From: Trichosphaerium sp. ATCC 40318
Taxonomy: Eukaryota; Protista; Tubulinea
Assembly: GCA_038496445.1 (NCBI GenBank)
Contig: JALMLS010000483.1
Location: forward strand, 52,446 to 116,445
Direction: 5' to 3'
Length of the DNA stretch: 64,000 bases
Below are positions 29,015-42,471 of the stretch, one piece after another. The notes below the pieces were generated by a model. The model ran no database searches and had not been told where the DNA came from. It saw only the letters and a list, made by a program, of their open reading frames with translations. Numbering within the stretch: the stretch's first letter is position 1; every line of letters begins with the position of its first letter. The position numbers and the translations under genes are program-made.

Positions 29015-31316
29015 ATGTTTTCTTCATCAGTTTTCAGCTCTTTGCGTTGGTTAATACCGCTATTTTGTTCATACGGGTTCTTTGTACGTACACAACCTTT
29101 AATTACGTTATTAACAGCGAATTAGGTCAAATTTAAGCCTTCAGAGGTACTAGCAAAGTTTATATTGTTAAGTAGTAACAAAACGCTGTATCATACTTAC
29201 TATATCCCAAAGGCTCATTTAAACCCATATTTAACGGATGTCAAGCATTTTGGCAACGAACAAGCACGTCACAATTTTTGTTTTGCCAAAAAGTTGTCCA
29301 TCTAACTATGCCAATCACTAGTTATCGTCAGACGTGTATCCCTTCTGGACTTATTCTCTTTTTCCAAGGTAAACTTCGATAGAAAAGTTTTGCGTTTGGT
29401 TTCGTCTTCGCACCTTATTGTTGTTGCTAAAAACACTCGTAGCCTACTCTTGGTTGGTCTGTTAGCAGAAGTAACACGGTATAAGCCTGCTCTGGTACGA
29501 TTGTACAGAGAAAATGGTATGCTTTACTAATGCCTATTATTAGATACTTGGATCGTTTGCAAGAATAACAACACGCTCTATTCTTATATGGGGTACTTCT
29601 CTTCTATCCATGCAACTCATGCAAGTCGCATTTGGTGTAGCTAGTGCCTCAGAAGTAGTATTCTACACGTATATGTACGCGCTAACGCAAAAAGGAAACT
29701 ACCAACAAGTTGTACGTATCTTTTCTCATATCTAGTACTTTTAAAATGCCTTCACGTGCTGATACGTGGTACAGTTCATTCTTTTTTTTGCTCAAAAACT
29801 AAACGTTGTTATTGGAAAACCCTTGTTTCCATTTGTTAAGAGGTGGACGTTTTACGGCTATAGCCAGTTAACCGATTTTTGAAGTTTTCTTTACCTCTTT
29901 TTTTCTAAACGTAAAATATTGCTTGTAAACTTACTTGAAGTAGACGAGCTATCTCAGAGCATCAAGTATGTATAAATGATAGAGGTACAGAAACTTAACG
30001 TATTTTAGCGCTTATTGGACATGTGGTTGCGTCTTATTTTGGTTAGACTTTTAACTGTTATGGCTTTTTATGTTTTATACTAACGCCCACAGGACAAATC
30101 CTTGTAGTGAAGAACGTGCCTCTTGTAGTTTTATTCTATATATCAATGGCAAGCGAACTTGTTGCAGCTCTTATTTCATTTATGTTCCCAATCACTAAGC
30201 GCTCTGAACCTATCTTTACAATGGTATATATTTTTTTTATTGCGTTCTATTTCTTGTGTTAACTTTCTTTGTAGGACTTCCTGTTAAAACTGAAGAAGGC
30301 CTACTCATCGAAAATAGTTATAGGATGGTCCCTTTGGTTCATTATGGGATACGCGTCATATGATCTAGTCACGAACTACATAAGGTATAAAGAACAACCA
30401 ACATGTCTCATTTTTTTCTTTCAAAGTAACATTTTGTTGTAGTTCTGTGTGGTACGAGATTGATCCCAAAGTCAATTACAACGGTTATGTTGCTGGAACA
30501 GCGCGTGTTTTAGGAGCTCTAGGTGCCTTGATACCAATCATACCTGTTGTTGAGCGTATAATGGTATGTGAAAGGATGTTTGTGATAGTTCTGTTTTTTT
30601 TGTTAACTCGGTTTTTTTTAGACTGGTTCTTGGGGACTCTCGATCATTGTTGTCTGCACTGCTGTTAGTGGCGTTGCTGCAGCCTTTAATGGCATTAACC
30701 GTAATTTATACGTTTCATTTGCTACTTATGGAGTCTTTATGGGAGTGATGGAATTTATGTTTGCAGTGTCCTACGCCAACATTGCAAAAAAGCACGTGAT
30801 TGTTTATGAGTTTATAATTTTTTCTTATTTTTTTCTTACTTACATTATCATTTCTTGATTAGTATGGACACTTCTATATTTGCTACAGTCTTTTCTATCA
30901 ATACTTTTATAGCTGCTGGTATACAAACAATAATCCAAACTATTACACATGAACTTCATGTGCATATTTATAACCGCTTGTTGATTTTTGGATCAGTTCA
31001 AATCGCTTCAGCTGTTATGTTTACATTTGTCAGTATTTTCTTGGTACAGTTCTTTACTTATATGAACATCAATACTCTCGTTTTTATTAATATTTTCCTG
31101 CTATTATTTCTACTATTCTTTGCCGTTGACGGCAAAAGAAGAAAGGACTAATGCACTCAACTTTGTAAAACTTTTTTTTTCTTTTTTTTGAAATATGATG
31201 AGCTCATTATTAATCCACTTATTAAGATATGGCCAGCGTTATGGGTTAGACCTCAAAAGCATTTGCAAAATGCACTTGAGTATGGTCGTATTCCAGAGGA
31301 AGACGTAGAAGAGTAA
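29015..31316 (+). CDS. SLC19 reduced-folate/thiamine transporter family
   Basis: LFCSYGFFVKFKPSEAHLNPYL, VYPFWTYS, RYKP, FGVASASEVVFYTYMY, YNGYV, IFATVFSINTFIA; two GC-AG introns (29264-29321, 30792-30862). 3' end approximate. Confidence 0.88.
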
Positions 31317-31793
31317 AAACATTTTCTGAAAAAAAAAATCAAAAAAAATTTTGGAGTTCTTCTAGAGGTGCTTCTCCTAACCTTTCTTTCTTTCTTTTTT
31401 GTTGCTGTTTTACAGCCAATTTAAAAGTAAGAGAAAGGATTTTGGTGAGGCTGAGATTATACTCTTTAAACCTGATCGCCGTAATTGGTGCGAAGGGAAG
31501 AAGGCTCTTAGTTAACATTGCAATAAAATATCCATTCAAAAAAAACCCACGTATTTATGTTCTGTAGCGACACTGTTTGTTTTGACAGTTTGAACCTACT
31601 ATGAATTGCTCTTTGTTTGCACCAATGCATTTCTTGTGTTTTGGTATGTTGTCTTGAACAAAAGAGTTGTATGAATCTGATATTGGACAGTAGTGGCTTG
31701 ACATTATTACTTCAATCAGAATCACATGAAAACAACATCCTTTTATTGAAGATAGATTTATCATACTGTTGTTAATTTATTTACAAAGAGCTG

Positions 31794-32827
31794 TCATATC
31801 TTCTGATCTAAGTGTGGAAGAGCACCAACTGTTTTAATCTTACCACTTACTTCAAGTGCGAATGTATTCAAGGCTTCTGGAAGTACTTTAGTGATTCCAG
31901 TATTAGGGATATGTAGTGGAAAGCAAGATTGAATTGGAGCATGTAATATATCAGATATAATAGCTTTAATTGTGCCACCATGGGATACCTAGCAAGAGAA
32001 TCAAAGCAATGTTGACGAACCTTTCAAAAACAAAGAATGAAAAAGCGAAGCTTGTTCTAGTTTCGACGTACAATCATAACCCGTTGTCCTTTGTGCTTTT
32101 TAACTATTTCTCTAAATACCTCAGTAGCCCTTTCGCGAAGTTCTAGGTATACTGTCAGCCAAGACACGACTCAAAAGGTCAGAACCGTAGATGAGTTACG
32201 ATTGAGTTTTTTTTAAAATTGATCTTTCTTTCAGAATAAGATGGTACGCACGTGTTCTTGACTCTCCACCTGGAATGACGTCTGTTGTTTTGAATAGCTT
32301 GTAATCTTCACGAAGACGAACGTCTGCGCGTATTTGGCCTTGCCATACGCCCATATTTAGTTCTCGGAGTCGTTTGTCAAAGTTTATTTCTAAATTCAAT
32401 GCAGAAGCTACTGGCGTTGCCGTTTCGCTCTAAAAAGGCGTGGGTTAACTAAAGAAGCGTTTTTCGTCTGTTTTTTTTCAAGATTGCTGTTTTTTGTTGA
32501 ATAGCGGTAAAAACGTACAGTACGACTTAAATCTGAGCAATAAATAGCGTGGAACGTCTTTTCAATACGTTTTACGTATGCTGCTAATTTTTTTGCTTCT
32601 TCTTTTCCTTGATCGTTCAAATGCGTGTCTAACTGACCTACATGAGTGTTATGTGCTATACAAGCGAAAAACAGCCAGCTGTTGAGTGTAATTTCACATT
32701 TAGCGAGCAGGTACTCGTTTTAAATGTAAGAGTCGTGTACGATACCTTGTAGGCGTGTTTCAAGGTTATGGTCAGTACAACCATGTCGGACAAGCCAAAT
32801 TTCTGTTGGAGGCGTTTCTGTCGTCAT
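31794..32827 (-). CDS. Histidine phosphatase / phosphoglycerate mutase family protein
   Basis: IWLVRHGCTDHN..LQGQLD..LNDQG, YCSDLSRT, LRELNMGVWQG, PGGES, IVSHGGTI; 4 introns. Confidence 0.92.
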
Positions 32828-33106
32828 TGTTTGTACGCTGAGCAAAGGAACGAAGAGTTGTAACTTCCCTTGCTTAAAGTACGACGCTTAGAATACCTAC
32901 TTTCAAAGAACGCTTTTCAATTCTTGCAATACAACTGTACGCGTATAACAGATGGTATTGCATCACTTGCCAACACGTATCTCTGATTGGTTGGAGCACA
33001 ATCGATTTACACATTAATCACTGATTTCCTTAAAATACTTCGAAATTGAAGTTTTCGTTACAACAACATGTTGCTTTTTTCGCCTTTATTGTAAGTTCAC
33101 TGATTC

Positions 33107-35061
33107 TTAAAATGCTATGCTACATAACAAAGCAATACTAACTATGCTAGAACAAATACAAGCACTAAATCCGGAACTACTAGGTGCCATAGAAGGTACA
33201 AATGGAGATGTAGGTTCTATTGATGGACCTGAAGTTGTAGGTGACATACTAGGGACATCTGGTGAAGTAGGCTCTATTGGTGCTAATGTAGGTGCCACAG
33301 ACGTGGGTGCTTCAGTTGGCACTGTTTTAGAATTGTGGGTTAGAAATGAAACTGAAGGAGTCGTGACGTACCAACAGAGCAATTGAAGAATCCAGTAGAA
33401 TTATTAACAAAAGCCATTTCGACATTCTTTTCTCCATTAAGAATGACAGTAACAAGTTCACATCTGTCATAGTTAAACAACATCTTGATACGTGTGGGTT
33501 TTACGCTTGATACTGTAGGTATTTCTTTAGTGACAGAAGAAGAAGCAGCAAAGATAACTGAAGACTGTGCTTCAGAATAAGTTGAAGTCACAAAGTTTTT
33601 ACGAAATTCCGCCATTGGTGCACCAGTAATAGCTACTGGGAATGTTGATGGGTTGTTGTTTGTGGTGTTAGATACTCTTGTAACACTGTTTGTGGTACAT
33701 GAATACATAAACTCATCCAAGTCTGTTGTTGATGTTAAAACAGATAACCGGTTCTTTCTAGTGTTGGGAGCTAGTTTGATATCATTGACAGGACTTCCAG
33801 CCTTCACTTGGGTTGTTTTTAAAGTCTTGAGAAATAAAAGTCAAAAAAGAAGAATGTTCATCAAAGTTGTTCATGTTTATCGTTCAGTACCTTTGATTCG
33901 AGTGTAAATATGTTGATGAAAATAACTGAAGTGAAGTTGTAAAAAGCTTGTGCATAACAGTTTGGTTCAAGTTGTACAGTTTCAGAGAAAGAGCCTAGTT
34001 GAGTGACTAAACCAGAAAATGTTAACAATAAAATATTTCTCATGAGTTCCTAGCTTACTATTGAAGAGTAAAACAGGTTCCTGAGTTAGAGTCATGTTCA
34101 GATATATGCTCATTCTAGCTTGCGCACCGTGTATCAAGTATTGGTCACCATTGACTGAATAACGTATGAGATTTGGGTAAAGTACAAGATTGAAAAAAAT
34201 TATAGGAAATTACATTGTATCTGGTACTTACCTTGGAACGCGTCAAATGCTACAGCTGTGCTATTAAGTATGGGTACATCTATACGTTCGCCAATAAATG
34301 TATAATTCTAAATGTAATCTAACGGTTAGAAACGAGCAAAAAAGCCAAACAACTTTCTCAAAAAAAGGAAAGTCAATCAAAGCACAGTATGCTTGACTCA
34401 AACAAAAGATTCATTCCACACCGTACACCGTTAATTATTTGTAATTGCAAGTACTGCCATTTGTCAGTTTGAGTATTTATGAAAAAAATAGGAACTGAAG
34501 AACCATCAAACTCAGGAATGACAACATTTCTAGCGTCTCCAATGAATATACCATCGGATTCTGTCAAATTCTCTTGAAGCATACCTAATACAAATGCTAT
34601 GAGCTTAAGTAGTTTCAACACATACAAAACAACCAAAAATACGCCGTTGGAAAGCAAGACGAGTTTTTGGGTTTGAATCGACTCTAAACAATCTGACGCA
34701 CTCTCTGGAGTCGCTATATAACCAGTTACGCCATCCTGGCCACCTACACCTATTTCAAGGTGAGCACAAAAAAGAAACAAAAAGTTTTTTTGCGTACTTC
34801 CTTCTCCAGTTAGGATATAAAGTTCTTTGCCGCTAGAGGTTCCTCTGAATATACTTGGGTTCGTAATGGATACAGTTTCGCCAGGAAAAACGTCTGTCAG
34901 GTTCGCTGTATTAAAAAAAGTGTTTACATCAGCCGCCAATGCATCTAAACATCATATAGCATTAATACAAGTATTTTGCAGCGTTAAAACTGATTACAGT
35001 ACATACTTGGAACGAAACTCAATAAACAGCATACAAACACAACTCTAAGAGAGTATTCCAT
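33107..35061 (-). CDS. Secreted cell-surface protein with Ser/Thr/Pro stalk and GPI-like C-terminal signal
   Basis: Signal peptide MEYSLRVVFVCCLLSFV; beta-rich ectodomain exons; PTEAPTSVAPT.. stalk; hydrophobic tail SSIVSIALLCSIAF. Confidence 0.7.
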
Positions 35062-35142
35062 GTCACAAACGTAAGAATTCACGTGAAGCTCGTTCTAGGG
35101 TTAAGGCGCCTTAAACTGGTTGCTAAGTTGTAAATTGCAAAA

Positions 35143-36973
35143 ATGGCGGAAGTAAAGTGTATGACATTCTGGCCGCTACATTTGGACTGTGGCGGATTTG
35201 GCCAGTGTGTAAATGGGACGTGTATTTGCGATAAGTAGTACGTAAATAGAATAACAGATTTATGGGCTCAAAAGCTTCTGCAATTGCTCGCAATGCTTAC
35301 AAATGCCAAAATCAGACGTTTTGATTCAAAACGTACTTTTTGAGCACTTTTTATTATTTTTCTCGCTAAAAACCAACGCAAACGACCGTAAATATTTTAA
35401 AATACGCAATACAGGCGTGGTTCAGAATACAAACAAAGTTCGGATTAATTTGCCCTTTTTTGGCCCTACACCTCTAGGAGCTATACATAGCTTCTGATAT
35501 GCGTAGACGTTATTTGGTCTATCTCTGAAAAAAAATGGCGTTATACTTCTTGCTGTTTGTTTGACGGTTTTTTTTTAGCTTCCGAGCAGATGGTGTCATC
35601 ATTGATATGAGATTTCCAGACGGTTCAAATGTTAGTTGCTATTCGAATATCATTAGTATTTATGTAATCTATTCAGTGGTACTTGTTCTAGCAACTATAG
35701 TATGCACTCTAGCATCCTATAAACTTATTAAACTTTATCCATACACGTGGAAGAATTTTAGAAATGTAAGTGATAATCATATTGTATACGTCTCTATTAT
35801 TGGTGCTACAGCAAGTACGTTGAGTTTTAACTATTTATATACATAGACTGTATTGTTTCCAAGCTGGTCAAGCTGTCAACAATCACAAACTAGTGTAATC
35901 GAAAACAACATTTTAGTGACTTAAAAAATTTCCTTCTACACGTGCGTGAAGCCAGTTTACAGGTTTATTTTGATAGCTTGACCTCTTGGCAACATAAAGG
36001 ATATTCAACAGCTAATAGATTTGTTCTTCAGGTGCTGCTACAACATGTATTTTTATTCTATCTGGTTCTCATTTGACGAGAGATATCGCTCCTGTTTTAT
36101 TCTGGTTTCTTACAATCGCTTTTGATGCTATATTCTATGCTACTATGTCTCTTAGATTAATCAAGTATATCATCTCTTTCAGTTTAAAACGTTTTGTCAC
36201 AAAGCACTCAGTGCTGTTTGAACACCATGTTTTTGTTGCTTTTACTCAAAAACACTAATATTTTTTGTTTAGGGTTGTCAATAAAGTGCCTGCTGGGCCT
36301 AAGTTCAAATACGAAATATTGATGGTTAGGATATTAGAATACTCTGCATTGGTTATAAATATACTTCTTGGATTACTTTTACCACTATCAGTGTACTTCA
36401 TAGAGGATGAACGGTTAAGATGTACGTCAAAATAGTTTGCTAGATTTTGTTGTACAAAAAATCAATGAAATCACGTGTTGGCAGATACTTTAAGGGTTAT
36501 GGCTGCAAACCCTTAATTCACTAAAATTCAAATCATCAATATACTATATACTCCCTAGTACATTGTTCACTCAAACGTAGCACAATCTTTACTTAACTTT
36601 CTTACTTTTTTTTTAAGTTGCATTTATTGGATATTGTTGTGTTGGATTTTGCGGCATTATTGTACCACGTATATTCATAGCTTTTATTTTCGCTGAGAGA
36701 ATAATCAAAGGATTAAAAGAATCAGGTGAACTAGCACAAGATCCAAAACAAGTGAAACCTTCCATTAAGAAACTAAAAAGTCTTAAAAGAGCATTGGTTA
36801 TTCCTCTTATAATAATGTGCATTGGTATACCTATTATCGCTATTTTTATTTTATTGGTTGAGTATGTATTCGCTGTAGACCATATATTGTTCTTATGGTC
36901 TGCTGTTAAGATCATATTCACTGTATTCAAAAAGAAGAAAACTGACAAGCCAAACAGTACAGGATCAGCATAG
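35143..36973 (+). CDS. EGF-like domain + multi-pass (7TM-like) membrane protein
   Basis: N-terminal DCGGFGQCVNGTCICD followed by about 7 hydrophobic segments over GT-AG-spliced exons. Confidence 0.65.
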
Positions 36974-37029
36974 TCCTTACTTCCTAATTATAAATAAGCA
37001 AATAAAAACAACTTACTTATTGAGCCAGA

Positions 37030-40000
37030 GGGATTACACAATGTACTAAATAGCGACTAGGAAAGTATAAAGAAGAAAAAAATGACAGCTGTTTCAAATC
37101 ACCCCATACATCCATTGACGAGAATCTCCTTCAGATTGTTGAGAAATAAAATGATGCTACTACTCCAATGTTCTCACGGGACAAAATCAGCTACAGTAGC
37201 TTCATTTATGTGGTATCTTAAATGCACCGAATACAACGTCTTGCAGAATTCACAATTTCCAGTGACTTGAAAGCATAAAGAATTGGATGTAAGAGCTTGC
37301 ATTTTTATTGTAGTTAAAGCAATCTTACATTGTCTGTGCTTGATAGCTTAGTGTTCAGGATGTTATGCTCGGGCTTTGCCACCAAAACAATTTATGAATT
37401 TTCCTTGGTTGCAGTACATAGCTCAAATTTTTTGTGATAGCACCTCACCAAATATCTTTATACTACATTCTTGTACTTTTTCTTTAGTCTGTGTAATAAT
37501 CTGCACAACGTTCTTATCATTCACCTGATCAACACAGAAATGGTCTGTTTTGTTGTAATCATCATTATACTGCATCACCAATCCATACCCCATAGTCAAA
37601 ATATTGTCAGCAATACTGCTTGGAAGGTAAGTAATGATTTTATTTTGTTTCTCTCTCTGCTCAATAAACCTAATATGTCTTTTAGATACGACTCAACATG
37701 TGTTCTAAAAGTGGTTTTTTTAAGAACAAAGTAACTGGCAAGAAAAACCATTTTCTTCAATGTACAAAGCAAAAACTCTCCATACCATATGAACCCACCA
37801 GCATAAGCACTAACAGGCTTACTATCTGTACAAGTTATCACACAGCTTAATAATATAGCCTTGCTGTTGCAAAATGTTAAAAGCAAACAAAAAAAAAGAT
37901 GAACGTCATTTGTTAAAAGAAATACCTTAATGGTTTTCTACATGTGCATATTTTCTGAAACTTTCCTGAGCTTTTATTTAAATCTTCAGCTGTAACAATA
38001 CTACCCACATAACTATTCCACCATAATTTTTCTGGATTATCCTTACACAAGTAAAGATATGATGCAAAAGTAGGTGGCAAGTCGCTTTCTAACTCCTCAG
38101 CAATACTATCATATGATCCCATTCCTAATAAATTTCTTTGTTAGTACAGTCACAATACAGATATTTATTTTTCATCGTACTGGCAAGTATCCATAAATCA
38201 GCTTTAGTTGAAAAAAAGGAGCTATATTCTTTGACATATAATTCCAGTAGTTCTCTAGGAATACATAATCTTTTTTTGATTGATGTAAAAATGTCATCCA
38301 TCAGCCAGAATCCTTTTGTAAAGCAATCTTTAGTTTTAGCAACCAAGTTCTCACAGTTGGCTTTTGTAGGCCGTTTCAACAACCCGGTTGCAAGTTGTAA
38401 CAAATCAAGCATGATAAATTTATCTTTGTAATCTATAACTTCAATCACAGACCAAAATAGGGCATATTGAAGCTCTTCAGCCAATACCTATTTATAAACA
38501 ATCATGTATGTGCTCTATTGTTAAAATTTTGTAGTACCTTCCAAGCTTCACAATAATACCTTTGAGTATCTTATAGGACAATTTTGATTCCTTTAAAAGT
38601 TTAACCTCATCCTTGTGGTTCATACTTGTCATGATATTCAGAAACTGAAACGCAGACTCTGATGTCTCGCCTTGAACTAGAACATAATGTACAACATCTT
38701 GCTGTTTAAAACCACCTGTAAACTGACTCAAAAAGTACCTAGACAGGAGTGAAAAAAAGACAAACTATTAATTCCAGTGTACGTATTGTTAGTACAAACG
38801 GCATATTTGGAAGATTTAACTTGATACAATGGAGTCTCTTTATCAATGACAACAAACGTTACATCACAAAGAGATAAAGTACCAGCTCTAGCTACGCAAG
38901 GTAACACCCTCATCTCTATGCTATCCAAATCCACTCTTAACAATTCTTAGTGAAGTACAAGCTATAAAGAGATATGTACTCTATTAATGGGTCTGCCAAT
39001 GATGGAAGGTTTTGTACAAAGTTACTTAGATGAGGTAAATTGTTTAACTTAAGAACATATGACCAAACAAAATCAAGATTTTGTTTTGTAACAATAGCAG
39101 CATTGTTGGTATGTGAGATTCTTTTTGCTCCTGTAAATAAGTGTAGTAAGCAGTCATGCAGGTGTTTGTCAAGACTCATAAGCGCCTTTGATGTTATATG
39201 GTAGCCTAATGAAACTACAGTATATAACAAAGCCATGGGTTGAAAGTACGGAGGTTGAGCTGACTATTAAAAGTTAAACTCTTGAAAAAGTAATATCCCA
39301 AAGTTACCTTGGCTTGTTGCACTTCTTGTTCTCGTTGTATTAATGATGTTACAACATTTGTACTTGGAGGTGCTTTATAATCAGTTGCTCTCAGGTGTTT
39401 GTTTGTACAATCACTAACAACCAACGCTTGTAAATCATCATAACTGTCATACAAGTCATCATCAGTGCTATTTGAACCAAATTAATATTTTATTATTATT
39501 ATGACAGTACCTCAAACAAGCATAGGTACGGCTCTTTTTCGCATTATCAACCCCTTGACTCATCACAATATAGTTTACAATATTGGGAATACATTTCTGT
39601 TTACTGTCAAGTATAATACTCGCCTCCTTCAGTAGCCTTCACGAGATTACAAAACAAGTTTGTACAAACTAAGTATTCACCTTCCCATAAAATGGCAACA
39701 CATGTCGTATGCACAGCTGTAAAAAAGAGGTCCTGTATGGGTTATACCTGCTTTTCGTGCTATTGTACGGAACCCAACATTCATCCAGTGTTTATCTAAC
39801 TCATTCACATCGTCAAAGCAATCGTTGCAAGATGCAAGGAATTTGGTTTTTTCTACAGCTGCTGAGAGTTCTCTAGATCGCAATAGTTCAGTTTTTGTCT
39901 TTAATAATGCATGTAGTGAGATCTGTCTTAATGAAATGGAGCACAGCGTCAATATGGCTAGTTCTTCAACAGTACAATACTCGACAACGTTTTTAAGCAC

Positions 40001-40186
40001 AGAATTTAAATTAATTGCTGTACTCGGGTGCACCGCTTCGCTTGTGGTATCTAGTCAAGAAATTACGTATTAAACTGTGGTATAGCCTCTGCCACTGCCA
40101 AGTTATTACAAAATAGTGTTTTGGCGGGTTTATGGCTCAAGTAAGTTGGTAGTACCTTTCGCGATTACTGTATTGGTTTCAGCCAT
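37030..40186 (-). pseudogene. Large multi-exon protein with an F-box-like N-terminus; 3' part frame-disrupted
   Basis: NSVLKNVVEYCTVEELAILTLCSISLRQI is F-box-like. Most exons splice in phase, but an apparent extra T near 37598 (TIF|DYGYG), a phase conflict near 38490 and stops below 37430 break the frame. Confidence 0.5.
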
Positions 40187-40300
40187 TCTACAATTCGTGT
40201 TTTTAACCCGCGTAAAGTTACTGCGTTTGCTTAACTGTTTAAGTTCACTTATCCGCGTCACAAAACCTGTCTAGCATTATCAACAGTGCACCGCCTGCAA

Positions 40301-40318
40301 TTCTGGAACGTTCCAGAA
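40301..40318. promoter_or_regulatory. Perfect 4-unit heat shock element (TTCnnGAAnnTTCnnGAA)
   Basis: ttctggaacgttccagaa, also an 18-bp perfect palindrome, 115 bp upstream of the ATG at 40186. Confidence 0.7.
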
Positions 40319-40746
40319 ACCTGTGCATCTCCTTACGTCTTAAGTAAAACCGAATATGTCATTGAAAAGTATTTCCATTTCATCAAGTCAGTTACACTCT
40401 TGGCTTAGAAACAGATGCTGTGTCTTGCTTTTGCAAAATATTGCTGTAAGTATTGGCATGTTGTGATAGCTTGTTACACAATAAGCTTGCAATGAATAAT
40501 TTGATTTATTACCAAGGCAGTCAGGTAATGTTGGGGACTAATTTTGTTTAAATACTTTCTCAAACAAATAGTTAAAGGAGAAGCCATTAGTCTTCTCAGT
40601 CACCACTTCTGTCACCATAAAGGTACACAGCTTCCTGATAATTAAACCTGGTACGCTTTGCAACTGCTCTAGAGGCAAATGACAATGTAATTTTATTTCA
40701 TAATGCAACTTGCTTCTAGCACACAAATAATGTAATAAATTGTATT

Positions 40747-42130
40747 TTAAACACGTGCATCAATGCCTTGTATTAACGTGTAAGTCCAATCAATTTTATC
40801 AACGAATTTTAGTTGTGGGAATGAAGGAGACACACCATTTAAAAGCGCCAAAGGTGCTTTAGAAACAGGATCTAGAAACAACCAAGGCCTTTGAAACGAT
40901 AAGTATTACTTCCGTTAAACGTCTTGTAGGTCAGTTGAGAGTACGCACCTTTCTCTTGTACTATGATCAACAACACCGCCTGATTGTAGGGCGCTCTCAA
41001 AAGTGTATGGTGCATCCTCACCGCCAACCCAAGTCCATTTTTCTCCGTCTTCTGAGAAAGCATGAGCGGACGGTCTTACACTACCGTTACAAGGTTCCCC
41101 GTTCTTCTCTGAACATTGTCCTTGTTTAGCAGGATACCAATAACAAGTATAAGCATGTGCTAATGCGTGAAAGTGACCTCTCTACAAGTAACCGTTACTT
41201 AACGAGACAAGATAGTTAAGTCTATGATAAAAAACTACGAACCTTGTCTATCCACAAAAACGGATCTTCGATGTTTCCTGGTACGTCGGGATGCTGTCCT
41301 TGAGAATTAAATATCTGTCTCAATGGTGTCCAAGTCCAATAGGATTCATTCCAACTACCTGAAATAGCTCGAGATATCTTAATTTGACCGTTATGACATA
41401 GCAAAAATAGGGTTCCGTTTGGGTGAAAGAAAGGACTAGGATTATTACAGTTTGGAACTGTTTGCGCTGCTTGTATCCAAGGTCCATTAGGAGAGTGAGA
41501 TGTCATCACTTGGTGACCACCTCCACCGCCACCGTGTATGAATATAAGTAAGAACGTCTTTGTTTTCGGATCATAAGCGAATTGAGGGTTGGTTGTTGAT
41601 GGCTTAGTTACAACGTCTTTTTTCAAATAAGGTCCAAGTAGTGTCTTACTAGTCGCATGTATTATCTGGCTATGAGTCACCCAATGGCTAAGACCAAGAC
41701 CGTCGGTTTCTTCCGTAGCATATAAGTGATAAACATCGCCTTCCCGCCAAATAGCTCCACCCCAAGACGTTACATTTGGGTAAACACCATAACCGGTTGG
41801 AGCGCTTTGAAGAGGTCTCAAATTAAGGTACTGACACTTATTACCGTGCCAACCTTCGTCGCACGTGCACGAAGAGGTACTGGTATCGCATATTCCGTTT
41901 AAAGAGCAGTCTGTATCTCTTGTACAATTGGAAAGTTCAACTCTTGCGAAACGCTTTGGTGCAGCGCCTTTTTAGACAAGTTAGGATAAAAATCAAAAAA
42001 AAAGAAGTTGAAAGAAAAGTAGTTGTACTAGTAGGTAACAGCAAAAAAACGTACCGCGTTGAGATTGAACTAGTACTATTAATGTACTTATAAGTAACAC
42101 CATCAAAGATAAACTATTAATCACGTGCAT
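40747..42130 (-). CDS. Secreted EGF-like + five-bladed beta-propeller glycoside hydrolase (GH43/32-like) protein
   Basis: Signal peptide; DCSLNGICD..CTCDEGWHGNKC; TSWGGAIW..YHLY, HATS..LGPY, CNNPSP, NIEDPFLWIDKRGHFHAL, RERPWL. Confidence 0.75.
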
Positions 42131-42471
42131 CTCAGCTGCAATGAAGAAGAAGCAAGTAAAATGTTAGTACTTTTTTTGACCCTGTAACAAAAGTAACTTC
42201 AAACAACTTTCTCCTTACCTGAAGGAACGCTCAAAAGTCTCCAACGGTTTCCCTTAGAACCAGTTTGCATATTACGCTATTGTTTTCTGATACTAAGTTT
42301 GATGGCGGGTAAAAAGAACGCAAACAAATCTGCTCTAAAATATTCTATTTTTTGTTGTTTTTTTTGGAAACCAAAAAAATACCCAATGTACACCCTTACA
42401 CTAAACACATTTTACGAGAACAGGAGACAAGTCTCTATCCACATAATGCTCTCGTTTTAGTTATTGTTCTC

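Noticed and set aside
34585-34644. Additional possible GC-AG intron (gcgtat) in the surface-protein gene
   Set aside because: The segment is in frame and stop-free, so splicing is not required; it was not counted.
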